DNA of 64,000 nt from Octopus sinensis (taxonomy: Eukaryota): NCBI RefSeq assembly GCF_006345805.1, contig NC_043001.1, forward strand, positions 111,476,001 through 111,540,000, given 5' to 3'. Of this stretch, positions 1 through 13,384 are shown piece after piece. The notes below the pieces were generated by a model, which saw only the letters and a list, made by a program, of their open reading frames with translations, ran no database searches and had not been told where the DNA came from. Made by a program: the position numbers and the translations under genes. Within the stretch, counting starts at the first letter, position 1, and each line of letters opens with the position of its first letter.

Positions 1-309
1 TATCAAATACATTTCTCCATTCATAAAAACAAAACAAAACAAAATATTTATGCAAATCTAATGAAGGAAAACTCGTGATTTTCATAACAACTTTAATAGA
101 TAATAAATTATCGTTATGTAGCAAGCTGAGATATTTCCCTCTACGATGTTATTTTAAGACTTTCGCTTGCTTTTCATACAGTTTTAAAATTAAATTATAA
201 CGGATTTCGTTTTGAGTTACAGTATATATCTTTAGATACTTGCCGCCGATGCAATGTATATGTAGTCAACAGAAAAAATACCGCGGTTATGGAAATGTAA
301 TAAATAATA

Positions 310-469
310 GGCGCGGGCGTGGCTGTTTGGTAAGAATCTAGCTTCTCGACCACACGGTTCCGACTGCAGTCTCACTGTGTGGCACCTTGGGCAATTATCT
401 TCGACTATAGACTTGTGCCAACAAAAGCCTTGTGAGTGGATTTGGTAGACGGAAATTGAATGCCCGTCG

Positions 470-510
<41 letters not shown>

Positions 511-760
511 GTGTGTGTGTGTGTATGTGTGTGTGTGTGTGTGTGTGTGTCTTTGTGTCTGTTTTTGTTCCCCAACCATCGCTTGACACTCGATGTTGGT
601 GTGCTTACGTCCCCGTAACTTTAGCGGTTCGACAATAAAGACCGACTGAATAAATACTAGGCTCACGAAGAATAAGTTCAGGGCTTGATATATGCGACTG
701 AAAAAAAATCATTAAGACAGTGCTCCAGTATGGCCACAGTCAAATGACGGAAACTAGTGC
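310..760 (+). mobile_element. tRNA-derived SINE, family A (octopus-type, internal (TA)/(TG) tract)
   Basis: Head GGCGCGGGCGTGGCTGTTTGGTAAG...GGTTCCGACT, body GGCACCTTGGGCAA...GTGAGTGGATTTGGTAGACGGAAA, tail GTGCTCCAGTATGGCCACAGTCAAATGAC; matches copies at 6968, 40001 and 63370. Confidence 0.85.
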
Positions 761-913
761 AGACGGAAACCTGACTGAATATAATCTATAATCATGTTCT
801 ATGTCTGAATGGCGAATGGGCGAATAAAGTAGAACACATGAGCGAATGCCGATATTCTATTTATGTTACTTTAGCTGTAGGTTCCATGTTACGATATTCT
901 GTTTTAAATATTA

Positions 914-1298
914 CTAGCAGTATCGCCCGGCGTTGCTCAGGTTTGTAAGGGAAATAACTATAAAGCATTTTTAGAGAGCTATAGCCAAAAAATAGCAAAA
1001 AAATGGAAAAAAATGATGGTAAATTTTTTTTTGATAGTTAAAAAATGTGGAGTTGCGTCCTCTACACAGTTTGTGGTTTGTGTTCCTGATTCTCGACCCC
1101 ATGTCGAATTTATCGATTTTTTTCAGAACTGGGGGAACTTTTCAAAATTTTCGCTGCGTTAGTTTTGAATTATGACATTAGGCTATATGTGTGTCAAGTT
1201 TCATCAGAATCGGTTGAAAGCCGTGGTCAGGGTGAGGGTACAAGCAAACAGACACACAGAAACACGCACAGACAAACTGCCGTTTATATAGAGAGAGA
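914..1298 (-). mobile_element. Non-autonomous Helitron-like element, family H1
   Basis: On minus: 5' TC...TATATAAA, GC-rich subterminal GCAACGCCGGGCGATACTGC, 3' CTAG, inserted between A and T; near-identical to 41395-41778. Confidence 0.8.
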
Positions 1299-2063
1299 TT
1301 CTCAATTTGTGATTGTCTTTCGTCTACAGAAATGCATAAACTTAAACCCAATACATAGAAACATTATCTCAAATTAACGCAGATTTGTAATAATTATTAT
1401 CCTCCTATATCCCATAAAAGGATTACGTGACACGTTTAATATAAATCCCATTTAGCTGCAACATCACTCAGCAGATGAAGTTATTCGTTACCAATTACTG
1501 CATGCACATAGTAACTATCGCATCATCCAAATATTAATTTAAACGTATACAAATCTAGTTAAAGGTATATGAAAAGGCAAAACCTTTTATGCGAACGTTG
1601 ATCCAATCTTTGTAGGTTAAAAAAGTGAGAATGTTTCTTACTGGCACTACGTCGATTACGACTGAGAACCTGTGCTGGCGGTGCCCGCGAAAGTTGCGGA
1701 GAATATAGGGTCGAGAGGAAATGAAACAATACAAAATGGACATACGAAAGGGAATAAATGTAATTTAAGTCGAAACAAAAAAGAAACGAGCAAAATATAG
1801 CCTTAGGACCAAAAAGACAAGAATAGTGGGTATGTCTGAGAAGGCATCCTAAAGGATTAGAAAACAACAAATAGCAAGGCAGTGGGGCAAAGAGAATTCA
1901 GGGCCAGTCCTCTACGCAACAGGGGTGAAAAAGAGAGAAAAAGAAGGCTAGCCACGGGTCACGTGTCAGCAGCAGGCACGGGGAAAATGGGGCAGGAGAG
2001 AGGGAAAGAAAGAACGAGAGAGAGAAAGCAAGGGGATGAAGGGGAAAAAGGAGAAAGAAGTGC

Positions 2064-2127
2064 GACTTTTTATTGATGTCCTGAAGAGACCCAGAACGGG
2101 TCGAAACGTGTTGTACCCAATAAAGTC
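2064..2127 (+). ncRNA. Type I hammerhead ribozyme motif (PLE-type)
   Basis: CTGAAGA (2081-2087), stem II GACCC/GGGTC, GAAA, short stem III CGTG, TT; distal stem I GACTT..TATTG/CAATAAAGTC, proximal stem I imperfect. Confidence 0.65.
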
Positions 2128-2834
2128 TATTACACATACTATCTCCTATTTTATTTATACTGTTACTCTAACCGCCACTACGAAGTTCTTGCAGTAAATG
2201 TATGGATAAAAACAAGTAATCGAAACTGTGCTGGAGCTTTACTCATCATCTATTTATACATTTTTGTACAATTTCTCCATTATATATATATCAATGCATA
2301 ATCCATTCAATAACAAATAAATATTGCACAGCCATCTTGAAATATTTACCTTTTATCTAAATTTATGCACTGAAAGGGAGCAAATGAAATAACCGATGAA
2401 TGTAGCAATATCAACATTAAATATTTGCAATTTACATTTTCTGGCTTGAACAGAACTTGCTGCGTGTCTTCCTTCATTTGCTAAATTAATCTGTCGCTCT
2501 ATCCAATTAGTTAATTAGAAGTTTTGACAACATATTCATTGCTAAAAGGAACGGCTTCGAATATATTTCACCCAAATATTTCTCATTTTGCTTTATCTTA
2601 CAACTTTACTCAGCTTGAATGAAATATTTCGGAAAATAACATTTTTCCATCATTCTCAATTTCTGTTCGCAAAGGAAAAATGTAGGTGTCCATGAATTTC
2701 TTACCAGATAAGGAGAAACGATGTCACCCCACTATGGGTAAAGCACATATTCACATACATACTGCATACGTACATATGTGTATGTGGTGTGTGTATATGC
2801 CTGTGTGTAAATCCAAATTTTACACACGTCGATC

Positions 2835-3240
2835 TGGCAGAAACGTTAGCGAGCCGGGCGAAATGCTTAGCGCTATTTCGTCTGCGGTTACGTTCTGACT
2901 TCAAATTCCGCTGAGGTCGACTTTGCCTTTCATCCTTTCGGGGTCGATTAAATAAGTACCAGTTGCGCACTGGGGTCGATATAATCGACCTAATCCGTTT
3001 GTCTGTCCTTGTTTGTCCTCTCTGTGCTTAACCCCTCGTGGGTAGTAAAGAAATAGGTATTTCGTCTGCCGTTACGTTCTGAGTTCAAATTCCGCCGAGG
3101 TCGACTTTGCCTTTCATCCTTTCGGGATCGATTAAATAAGTACCAGTTACGCACTGGGATAGATATAATCTACTTAATCCGTTTGTCTGTCCTTGTTTGT
3201 CCCCACTGTGTTTAGCCCCTTGTGGGCAGTAAAGAAATAA
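2835..3240 (+). mobile_element. tRNA-derived SINE, family B (Meta-SINE-like core), 3' part tandemly duplicated
   Basis: CTGGCAGAAACGTTAGC head; core GTCGACTTTGCCTTTCATCCTTTCGGGGTCGAT..AAGTACCAG occurs twice (~2876-3058, ~3059-3240). Confidence 0.85.
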
Positions 3241-4648
3241 GTTCACCTACTTTACTAAATGCTAAAAATGTTTGTCGACATTCGACTGTTATTGGGTTCA
3301 CATCAAAAATGTATACATGGGTTTACCCATCCGTTTATATAAGCATCATGTCTCTATAAGCATTTATATGGAACTGAAGCTATAAAATTTTCCCACTACA
3401 ATTGTTTATATCAAGATGAATTTTACGATTTAATCATAAGCAAAAGATGTGGTGTTGCTATTTCAGGCATAGAGAAATAAACAGAATGTTGATATACATT
3501 TTATCTGCAAATGAGCTTTATGAAGTAGTTGCGAATACCTGACAATCGGGTTGGTAATCTAGTTCTATACCATTTACCTTTGCTTCAGTGTGAAACAAAG
3601 GTATTAACGTTATGAAATATGACAAAGGTAAGCCCTTTGAAATCCTATGCCGTCATAGAGTGGGAAAATTCTACAATTTTCGTGAGGATTAGATTATTAA
3701 TCTGCTAGCTTGTTGGGAATGCAAACAACACTGATATTGTTGACATTAATTTCTTATTTAACAGCCCTTCATCTAACGCTTTTCAAGCACACATATGCTA
3801 CTACCAAACGTGATCAACGCTTCCATAACTGCGGATATATCAGAGATGGATATTGAGTACTATACATCACATTATTATATGAAATGAATGCCTACAGGTA
3901 GCCAATTCTTGCAGTCTAGTGATGTGCAGTCTATACACGCCAGTGTGTCTCTATGTCAATAAATACTACGTTGTCAGTAACACCGGAAATGTAGAAGAAT
4001 TAATTCGAAACATGACAGCCGTGTCTACTCTCAACTTATTCGTGTGCAAACTTTCGATACCTTGTTACGGGCAAAGTATGTTACTCATGTTGTTGCTATA
4101 TTGTTACTATATACGTTTTTGTTATACTTTGGTGTTTCTGGTTTTGACTTCACCTGCTAAAGGGCAAAATGCGCTGATTGTTTAGCAAAATGTCTGGCCT
4201 TGATTTGGAAAACCCCTAATCAAAATTATCCAATCCTTATGTGCACTATTTTCAAAGGGGTAATTTATGACTTCTGATATTTATGATAGTGATATCAAGT
4301 TCACATGACCGCGTATACGCACCTACAGATATAATATTTGTCATGTTTTAGAATCTTTTAGCTTTGTATTTGTTTGAAAAGATACAAAATATAGATTAAT
4401 CACAAGCTAATTTCGTTATTACCACCTACGTAATTGTCCGTAGCTCGTCAGTGTGAACGTCTTCGCAAATATAATTTGCAAAACTATACACGAGACTTTC
4501 GCATGATATTGAACATGCATAGAGTTCTATCAATTACACTTGGGGTTATCTTTCAAAAGTCTTCGTTTTGGCGAGCTAAAATTTATATATATATAATACA
4601 TAGATACATACATACATACATAAATACATACATACATACATACATGTG

Positions 4649-4681
<33 letters not shown>

Positions 4682-5491
4682 ATATATATATATATATGAA
4701 TATGTATATATATGTATATAATGCTCATGACCACGTCGAGTATAAACAATTAATCCAAAGTAGCCGTTCAGATTTTATGACCTTGACCGGCAAAATCAGA
4801 ACGTTCGACATTTTATGTATTTGCTCAGACGCGCGCCCGCCCGCACACACACACACACACACATTTACACACACACATGCACACACGCACACACATGTAT
4901 ATAGACACTCTCGCTGTCTCTTAGTGTCTCACTCACTCTTTCTCTATCTACCTATCTCTGTGAAAGCTGGCGCCATACATACATAATGCAGTGAACATTG
5001 TATGTGCAAGTAATTCCTTTAGTATTTTAAGACTATTTAAACCATGCTAGACTATCTGTGCTAAAAATACTTGATCATTTGCAGATGCAAAGAGTCAATA
5101 TTTGCTAAAAATGAGTAAAGAAAAAATATCTTTAAAACTACTTGAAATCTGATATTTCATGGACGGAAATAATATCGATTGTACCAAACAGAATGATATT
5201 ACATTTCAACAAACCCAAAATTATTTCACTAATTCCACCCCCACAAAAAGAATATATATATATATATATACCGATTTTCTCTCAGCTATAATATGCATTT
5301 AAAGAATTCTACACAAAATGTTCATACTTATTCCCAGAAATAGATTCCGGAGAGTGTATGGGAAAAAATGAGAGAATTACATCTATAAATAAGTTTTTGT
5401 GCATACAAAATGTTAACTATAATTATATATACTGTATGAATATTTTAAGGGATGCATAAAGCATTTACTGTTAAGATCATATATATCTTTG

Positions 5492-5563
<72 letters not shown>

Positions 5564-6039
5564 ATGTGTGTGTGTGTGTATGTGTGTATTGCGCCAAACT
5601 TTGCTTGAAACGTATAATTAGTATGTATAGAAAGTTGCATGAAATAACTGAATTTAAATAACGAACGGATAAATTTTTTAAAGCAAGACCTTCGAAAAGA
5701 TTTACACATACAGGTATGGATATGGAGAATGTGTAAAGTGTTTGTGTATCTTGGGGAAAATTAAATACCGTCACGTATAAATCTGTTAACATAAATCACT
5801 CTCAGTTATCCTATCAATTTTTAACATTCGCCGGTGAACATCAAATTCATTGTGATGCATATATACATGTCTGACCTCGATGGGCAGGAATACATATTTT
5901 AAGAGACACATTTTCAGCATTTTCACAGATAAAATCTTAAGGACGAGAATGTATGTAATTTCATGTTTAAATGAATAGCGTTACTTGCGTTTGTGTCTTT
6001 GTGTATATCTATCTATCTATCTATATATATATATATACA

Positions 6040-6453
6040 CAAACTTTAGAGGACTGACCACTAAAAGTGGACAGCCAGTATGCTAGATATAGACGTCAAA
6101 ATCGCCATTTTCCACGAAGAATGTGTTCTCAAGAAAAAAATCAGCAAAAAAACAAATTATAAAAATAAGCAAGACAAATGAAAATATACGAAATAAAAAA
6201 AACATTATCTATGTACTAAATAGTTTCAGTCGTTAATATTTACGTATATGGATACGGAAACATCTGCAGGATCATCAGCATAGATAATCGTTTTTTATTT
6301 CGTATATTTTCATTTGTCTCGCTTATTTTATACTTAGTTTTTTTTTTGTTGAATTTTTTCTTGAGAACACATTCTTCGAGGAAAATGGCGATTTTGACGT
6401 CTATATCTAGCATACTGGCTGTCCACTTTTAGTGGTCAGTCCTCTAAATTTTG
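6040..6453. repeat. Long inverted repeat (~175-bp arms, ~65-bp loop)
   Basis: 6040-6213 is the reverse complement of 6279-6453 with few mismatches. Confidence 0.95.
6209..6283 (-). ncRNA. Type I hammerhead ribozyme motif forming the loop of the inverted repeat
   Basis: Minus strand: CTATG CTGATGA [long stem II, partly CGTAT/ATACG] GAAA CTA-TT-TAG TA CATAG. Confidence 0.7.
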
Positions 6454-6748
6454 CATGTAAAATAATTTTAATCTTAAGAAGTAATCAATAATTTCACCAA
6501 GTAGAATTCGGTATGAAAAAAGGACCATTTCACGGTAAACTTAAGTAATACTTAATAAAAAGGGTTCAGCAAAGATTTGCTTTACCACATACCGAAGTTT
6601 AGAAATAGCAGCCAAAAATCTTAGCTATTTCTTCTACTTTAAAAATGGACTCCTAGAGAAACCAAAATACTTGAAAAAATTCACACAGGCAGAGAGTAAA
6701 GCAACGAAAATCAATCAATATCTGGTCATCCATGGACGCGCGTTTCAG
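6454..6748 (-). mobile_element. PLE pseudo-LTR-like fragment with 3' half of a second hammerhead
   Basis: Minus GAAACGCGCGTC at ~6737-6748, then GCTGCTATTTCTA and ATGGTCC..CATAC..CTTGGTGAAATT motifs shared with the 57.8-59.2 kb unit and 45050-45250. Confidence 0.6.
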
Positions 6749-6795
6749 GACTTATTCTTTGTAAGCCTAGTACTTATATATATATAAGCCTAGTA

Positions 6796-6839
<44 letters not shown>

Positions 6840-6967
6840 AACACCTTTTCTCAATCCAACAATGAAATAATTAAATTATACCATATAGAAAAAATTAAAT
6901 ATAAGATAAAAACATATACCAATAATTAAGTACTGTACAAAATAATAAATAAAAAGTATATATTTTA

Positions 6968-7370
6968 TTTTTTACTTGTTTCAGTCATTTGACTGTTGCC
7001 ATGCTGGAGCACCGCCTTTAGTCGAGAAACTCAACCGTAGGACTTATTCTTTGTAAGCCTAGTACTTATTCTATCGGTCTTTTTTGCCGAACCGCTAACA
7101 TACGGGGACGTAAACACACCAGCATCGTTTGTCAAGCGATATTGTGGGGACAAACACAGACACACAAACATATGCACACACATACATATGTATATATACA
7201 TATATACGACGGGCTTCTTTCAGTTTCCGTCTACCAAATCCACCCATAAAGCTTTGGTCGGCCTGAGGCTATAGTAGAAGACACTTGCCCAAGGTGTCAC
7301 GCAGTGGGACTGAATCAGGAACCATGTGGTTGATAAGCAAGCTACTTACCACATACCCACTCCTGGGCCT
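6968..7370 (-). mobile_element. tRNA-derived SINE, family A
   Basis: Full-length reverse complement of the family A sequence. Confidence 0.9.
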
Positions 7371-8646
7371 ATATATATTTTTATTATTTTTATAATTTGT
7401 ATATATTTATTTTATTATAAATGCAAGACAATACCACGAGGGAATCAACGTAAGCTTAAATAACAAACTGCCGATAAGTGAACCGCGATAGGTGAACCGC
7501 GATAGCTGAACCCCGATATTGCGATGGATTACTGCATACAATATCTGATGAAGCTTTAACAATGGTTACGGAATGCAAATAAGTGCTTTGTGTACTGAAG
7601 CGCGATAACTGGTTCAGAATTGGAAGAGAAAATGAAGTGTTCGTATAATATTGTTCTAATTTATAGATAGATTTACATATAATATTAGCTTATATATATA
7701 TATATGACCTCAACTAATACTTTTATCCTGAATAAAATCAACCCACTTATCTGGCACTTATATTCTTGTATATATAACTGTAAAATTTTTTATTCAACAT
7801 GAGACAATAAATTCTAGTCGAACTAAAAATTAGATTATGCTATAGATTCATAAATCGAGATGAGGAATGGCTTAAATCTCGTAGTATCTACACCGATAAC
7901 ACTTCAAATTACCCGTGTCTGAGATCATGAATCTTGTTAAGGGATCCAAATTCAAAATTCAGTTACATGAAATAATAATGTGTCTGGATAGATGCAATTC
8001 AGGTTAGACAATTAAAGTAGGATAATATTAATCATACGCTTTTCCTCAGCTGCAACTTATCTAGAAGAAAGTGATTAATATCAAATGAAAGTAAACGATT
8101 TCAGTATTAGCTTATGAAGCATAAATCTGAACTTAACAATATAGATTTTATCCATTAACTGCCAGATGAATTAAACAATTTTGACATTCAAGTTGAAATT
8201 ACGAATCAAGCCATTAACCTCTATTCACTTGGCGTTCTGAAAGAGACGAATAACTATTTAAACATCGTTAGGAACATCATCTAAATTGACGGTTGGAAAT
8301 GTTTATTTGCATTTCTGAAGATAATACTTAATGCTATTTGCTGCCAATCAACTGATAGATCTGACGTCGGTCAAGAACCCGTTGGTTTAGAGTTGAATAT
8401 AGTTTACTGCTTATGAAATATACAGTAAAGTGGTTTACAAAATGTACAATATCAACAGTGTGTAATTTGTACTGACGTGCGTGTGAATACATTCTCAGTA
8501 TCAAAATATTTATTTTAAAAATTATAGAACGCACTGCGAAAGTTACATTGGTGAGCTCCATGTTTTGGAAATAAAACTCTATAAGTATTAGTAATCGGAC
8601 GTAAAATAAGTTGGAATAAAATGCGCTCACATATCACTAAGATTTA

Positions 8647-8762
8647 AGGCGGCGAGCTGGCAGAAACGTTAGCACACCGGGAGAAATGCTTAGCGGTATT
8701 TCGTCTGCCGTTATGTTCTGAGATCAAATTCCGCCGAGATCGACTTTGCCTTTCATCCTTCC
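8647..8762 (+). mobile_element. SINE family B, 3'-truncated
   Basis: GGCGGCGAGCTGGCAGAAACGTTAGCAC...GACTTTGCCTTTCATCCTT. Confidence 0.8.
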
Positions 8763-10516
8763 ACCCATGTTTACAACATGAAATGCCGCTAAGCATTTTT
8801 CCCGGTGTACTACCGATTCTGTTAGCTCACCGTCTTAATTCCGTTTTAAGTATTAAAAGTCACATTTAAAAAACGCGTTTCCAGTATTTTGTCCAACGCC
8901 TGTAGATAACAGAAATCAACGATAAAAAATGATAACGATAAAACCCTGCAGGCCTAGAGACCAATATTTTGATGACAATGTACACATCGCATACTCCGGT
9001 CTGTTTGTACATCTGAAAAATAATAAAATCTGGACGAAGAAGCAGAAGTGATTTCAATAACGCAGCTGATGAATTAGTCAAGTAAACAGAGGGAAAGGCA
9101 TAGATTGATCATTGAAAAAAGCTTGAAACACACAACTATATAAATAATTATATCTAATGCTAACATGATATATCTACCACGCCATTGCCAGACGTAAAGC
9201 AATCAAAGGTAAAGCAAAATGAACAAGTTTTATACAAGTCTGATGCATATGAGAAGTCTTTTAGTTTCAATTTAGCTTTAGTCCCATGAATATATTAATT
9301 AAATGTAACAACTCGTTATCATGAATCAAATCGTTAAATTGTAAAAATGTCACTGAATTAGAGAAGCTGCTGAAAGCTATCCATGAGCCTGAAACTAAAA
9401 TTAGGGTTTTAGAACACGGTACATATATGAATATTTAAAATTAGAAGAAACTGATAGAATAAGTGCAAGGCTTAAAAATATAGACACCGGTGCTGATTCA
9501 TTCTGCTAAAAGACTACATGGCCTCAGTCGTATACTGAAGAGAGTAAATGATATAAGGAGATAAAATATATCCCCGTTTCACACAGAAATGAAGAGGATA
9601 GAAAAACAGGAAATATTACGAAGAAAAATTGTAGTTAAATACACTTGAAAGCAAGATGAGGATAATTGTAACATGTTAAGGAAAACGAAGAAAACGAAAT
9701 ATTTTTTGTTATAAAGAATATACAAAAATAAGTAATTGTACTCGGGGAAAACATGTATTTAAGGACATTTCATAGAGAGGTAAATTACATGAAGAATAAT
9801 TCCATCCAAATGGAAGTCTGAAGTATATTACAGAAAAGAATGTAGAGAAAACCATTTCAAATTTAGAGCTGTTATAGATCATCATAGCAGAAGTTTTGTA
9901 AAAAATCTGCTGATGGTACATACTTAACCTACTACTTAGACTTAAGAGCAACGTGCTAGCTGTATGATGATCATTGCAGTGTATATAGCCTGAGATTAGA
10001 AAGACTGAGAGTTCAAGAATGCTGAGATAGTTGCACACACTGCATTTGTTATAAGGAACGCTTTTCATTAAATATATGTGTGCAATTGTATGTGTGTATA
10101 CATCTGTGTAAATATTTATCCGGTACCTCTATTATCAAAATTTATATTACTGTTCTTACACCAGTTCTTTTCAGCAATTTTTGGTTTGCCAGCTAACATA
10201 TTCATTTGATTTGCAAGTTATTGAAATATTGACTGTTTTTTGTTTACATATCGTTCTCTAGGTCATTCCGCAATTCCTGTTAAATTGTCATATACTTTAT
10301 TTTTCTACCTACCTCGTTCTTTTCTCCTTTTCTATATAGTTTTTTTCAACACAACTATTTTCTATTTTCCTTTTACCGTATAGTTTCTGACATACATAAA
10401 AAATATGCTGGATTCATGTTTTTTTTTTTAAATATAAAACTAAATATTCTTTAACTTGGATTCAGTTGTTATCCTTACTCTACATAGGGGTGGCAGTGCG
10501 ATTTTACGATTTTGTC

Positions 10517-10980
10517 ATGGACAGGATCAAAGAGCCAATGTGATATTTTGCGTTTAACTTGGAAAGACCGCTACAGACACATTGACCGTGCTTCGGCAAG
10601 CTTACAGCGAAGAGGCAATGGGTATTACGTAATCCTTTAAGTGTTACGGGCGCTTCAAAAGTGGAGGATGATGAGCGATCTGGAAAACCTGCCACGGGCG
10701 TCATTCCCGGAAACGTTGTATTGTGTCTCGAGAATAAGTCCGAAGGGTCAGACCGACGTACTGCTGCTACGTTTTGAAGTTTTCGAGGGAGGAAGTTCGG
10801 CGAAAGCGACTGGAACGTGCAGCGCGAAGAATTAGACTTGTCACTGTAATTTCCTCACTTGTGAGTTTCTTGGGAAAAAGAACATGGTATCGCTTCCGAA
10901 CACGCTCTCTTTGTTAGATTTAGCACCAGCGAATTTCTGTCTCTTCCCCAAGAGGAAAATGCAGCTCAAAGTTCACCGAA
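10517..10980 (+). pseudogene. Degenerate, internally deleted mariner transposase
   Basis: Translates QRANVIFCV*LGKTATDTLTVLRQAYSEEAM...RFKSG..DDERSGKP (mariner HTH) and ..DLAPANFCLFPKRKMQLK (YSPDLAP-type motif); stops and frameshifts. Confidence 0.8.
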
Positions 10981-11018
10981 CTGTCCGACGAACGGCGACG
11001 TGAAACTCAGAGTAACAG
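10981..11018 (+). ncRNA. Hammerhead ribozyme motif with U4->C core change
   Basis: CTGT CCGACGA ACG-GCGA-CGT GAAA CTC-A-GAG TA ACAG; all three stems pair. Confidence 0.65.
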
Positions 11019-11120
11019 GTTTTGTTAAATTTTCTGCTGCTTTAAATAAAGCATATTACTCTACCACTGGTATTTGAGTACTCTTTTTTCCACCTTGTTT
11101 ATGTGTTTACTCCGGTATAT

Positions 11121-11201
<81 letters not shown>

Positions 11202-11429
11202 ATATGCATATATACATACATATATGTACATACTTACATATACATGTATATAAATATGCATATATGGGCACAGTACGTCACAGAACGTTACCAATATGAA
11301 ATACGAAATACGAAAACATGGAATACGAGCTTTCTGTTGCGAGCAACGAAAGAAACAAATGAAAAACAAGACGAGCAACATAGAGAACGGCTCTTCATCA
11401 GTTGTCGGCTATTTTGCTACTCCGTAGGT

Positions 11430-11945
11430 ATGCATGTATATATGCATGTCCGTGTGCGCCTTTGTGTCTGTGTATGAGAATCGGTGTTGGTGCATTTGCG
11501 TCTCCGTAACACAGCAGTTCGGCAAAGAAGTTGATAAAATAAGTACCAAGCTTAAGAATAATTAATCGAGTACTGAAGTCGATTCCTAGAACGAATATAT
11601 TGCTCAAGGCGGTGCCCCAGCATGACCACACCCTAATAACTAAAACAAGAAAAATATAAAATATATTGACTCTATGACACTGAGCTGGCAGAATCGTTAA
11701 GCACGCCAGACGAAAATGCTTAGAAGTATTTCGTCCGTCTTCACATTTTGAATTCAAATGCCACCGAGATCAACTTTATTCTTTCTATTATTCTTTATTC
11801 TTTATTTCTATCATTCTTTATTCTTTCTATAACTTTCATTTTTTGTCGATCCATAAAATGGACACCATTGCTGCCACTGTGTCAATGTAGGCGACTTATT
11901 CCCTCTGCCGAACTTGGTAGTCGTGTGCCAAATTTTGAACCCAAT
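11430..11945 (+). mobile_element. Degenerate SINE fragments (family A 3' part, then family B)
   Basis: GGCGGTGCCCCAGCATGACCAC tail; GAGCTGGCAGAATCGTTAAGCACGCC head; GTGCCAAATTTTGAA end. Confidence 0.6.
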
Positions 11946-12131
11946 ATTAAATATATGATGTACTTTATACAATACGTATTTTATATATTATGTATCTTAT
12001 ACAATATGTATTTAATATAATACATATATATAATAAAAATATCTCTTTTAAGATTATTTCGATTTTCAATTTGGTTTGCAAGATTCTTTATGTGAATTCG
12101 TGTGTTGAAGCACATTTTGTTGTGCCTGCGG

Positions 12132-12269
12132 AGAGTCATTATTTAGCACACTCACCGGTTAAGTTTCCACTTATTTACTAATTTATTTTTCCTAAATATA
12201 CAAGTAAATGAGTGGAAGCTTTACCGGTGAGTGTGTTAAATAAAAAGGCACTAAAAGTGAATGACTCTT
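12132..12269. repeat. Short inverted repeat (~40-bp arms)
   Basis: TTATTTAGCACACTCACCGGTTAAGTTTCCACTTATTTACT versus AGTAAATGAGTGGAAGCTTTACCGGTGAGTGTGTTAAATAA. Confidence 0.85.
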
Positions 12270-13339
12270 TCAAGATTGTAACATCGGACAGTTTTTAGAG
12301 GAGGAAAAGTATAAAAATCTTGTTCCATAATTTTCTTTTCTAAGTTTTTAATTCTCTCACATCGAAGTTGTTTATAACTTTGTTGGATAGTGTATTTATA
12401 CCTATTATTCCAACACTACTTTATTAATTTCAGTTTTAATACTGTCTATCATTTCTGTGATCGTTCTTAAGTAAATATATACGTGATTCTTTTCTAACAG
12501 TCTGATTTAAATATCGGGAGACAGAAACACATTTGAAAGTTTTCCGTCTACGTGAGAATATATTTACCTCACTAATATATTACTAATGGTTGTTAAATTC
12601 AAGTAATTTGTTACTGAGGCCAAAGCCGAGTTGATGAATACAGGTGAACTATCACATTGATACATTCTTCTGTATATCAACATAGGACTGATTTTAAATA
12701 CCATTTCTTTGCTCTGCGGAAATATAAATGTTTTACGTTTTGCACATCGAGTCTCAGATGTAAGTTATCATGAAAGATGAACTGTGGCGGGGAAGAAAAT
12801 ATTAGCAAAAATTAGAAACGAAATGTTTAATAATAACTTCACGGAATCCATACATAGCTACAAAAACATATATGAATTCATAGAACTAAGTTTGAAGCGC
12901 AGACTACACAGTTATGAAGGCATCGACTAAAAATCCACCACATATAGAGCACCCAAATAGAGCACCGCGTCTCTTTACGACTACTTCGTTATAAGTATAT
13001 GCTAATTTAGCCAATATAAGGAAACGATATTGTCATTATGAGATCGTTATTAGTATCAATCTAACATCATCATCAACATCATCAACAACTTTATATTTAT
13101 TATATTAATATAATCATTATTACTTTAATATAATCAACGAATACAGTATGCTATTTCATACAATTCTCTTAGCATGTGCCAGTGTGAATGTGTATTCGAG
13201 TGTATGTATGTATAACAATATATGCATCATATATATATATATATAGATAGATAGACAGACAAATATATGCATGTAAATACATTTATATATATATATGTGT
13301 GTGTGTGAGTATACATATATTATATATACATATGTATAT

Positions 13340-13384
<45 letters not shown>

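Noticed and set aside
3465-3900. Candidate exons with AG/GT boundaries
   Set aside because: Stops in the frames examined and no recognisable protein
11375-11422. Minus-strand CTGATGA followed by a small hairpin
   Set aside because: No GAAA after stem II, so not a hammerhead
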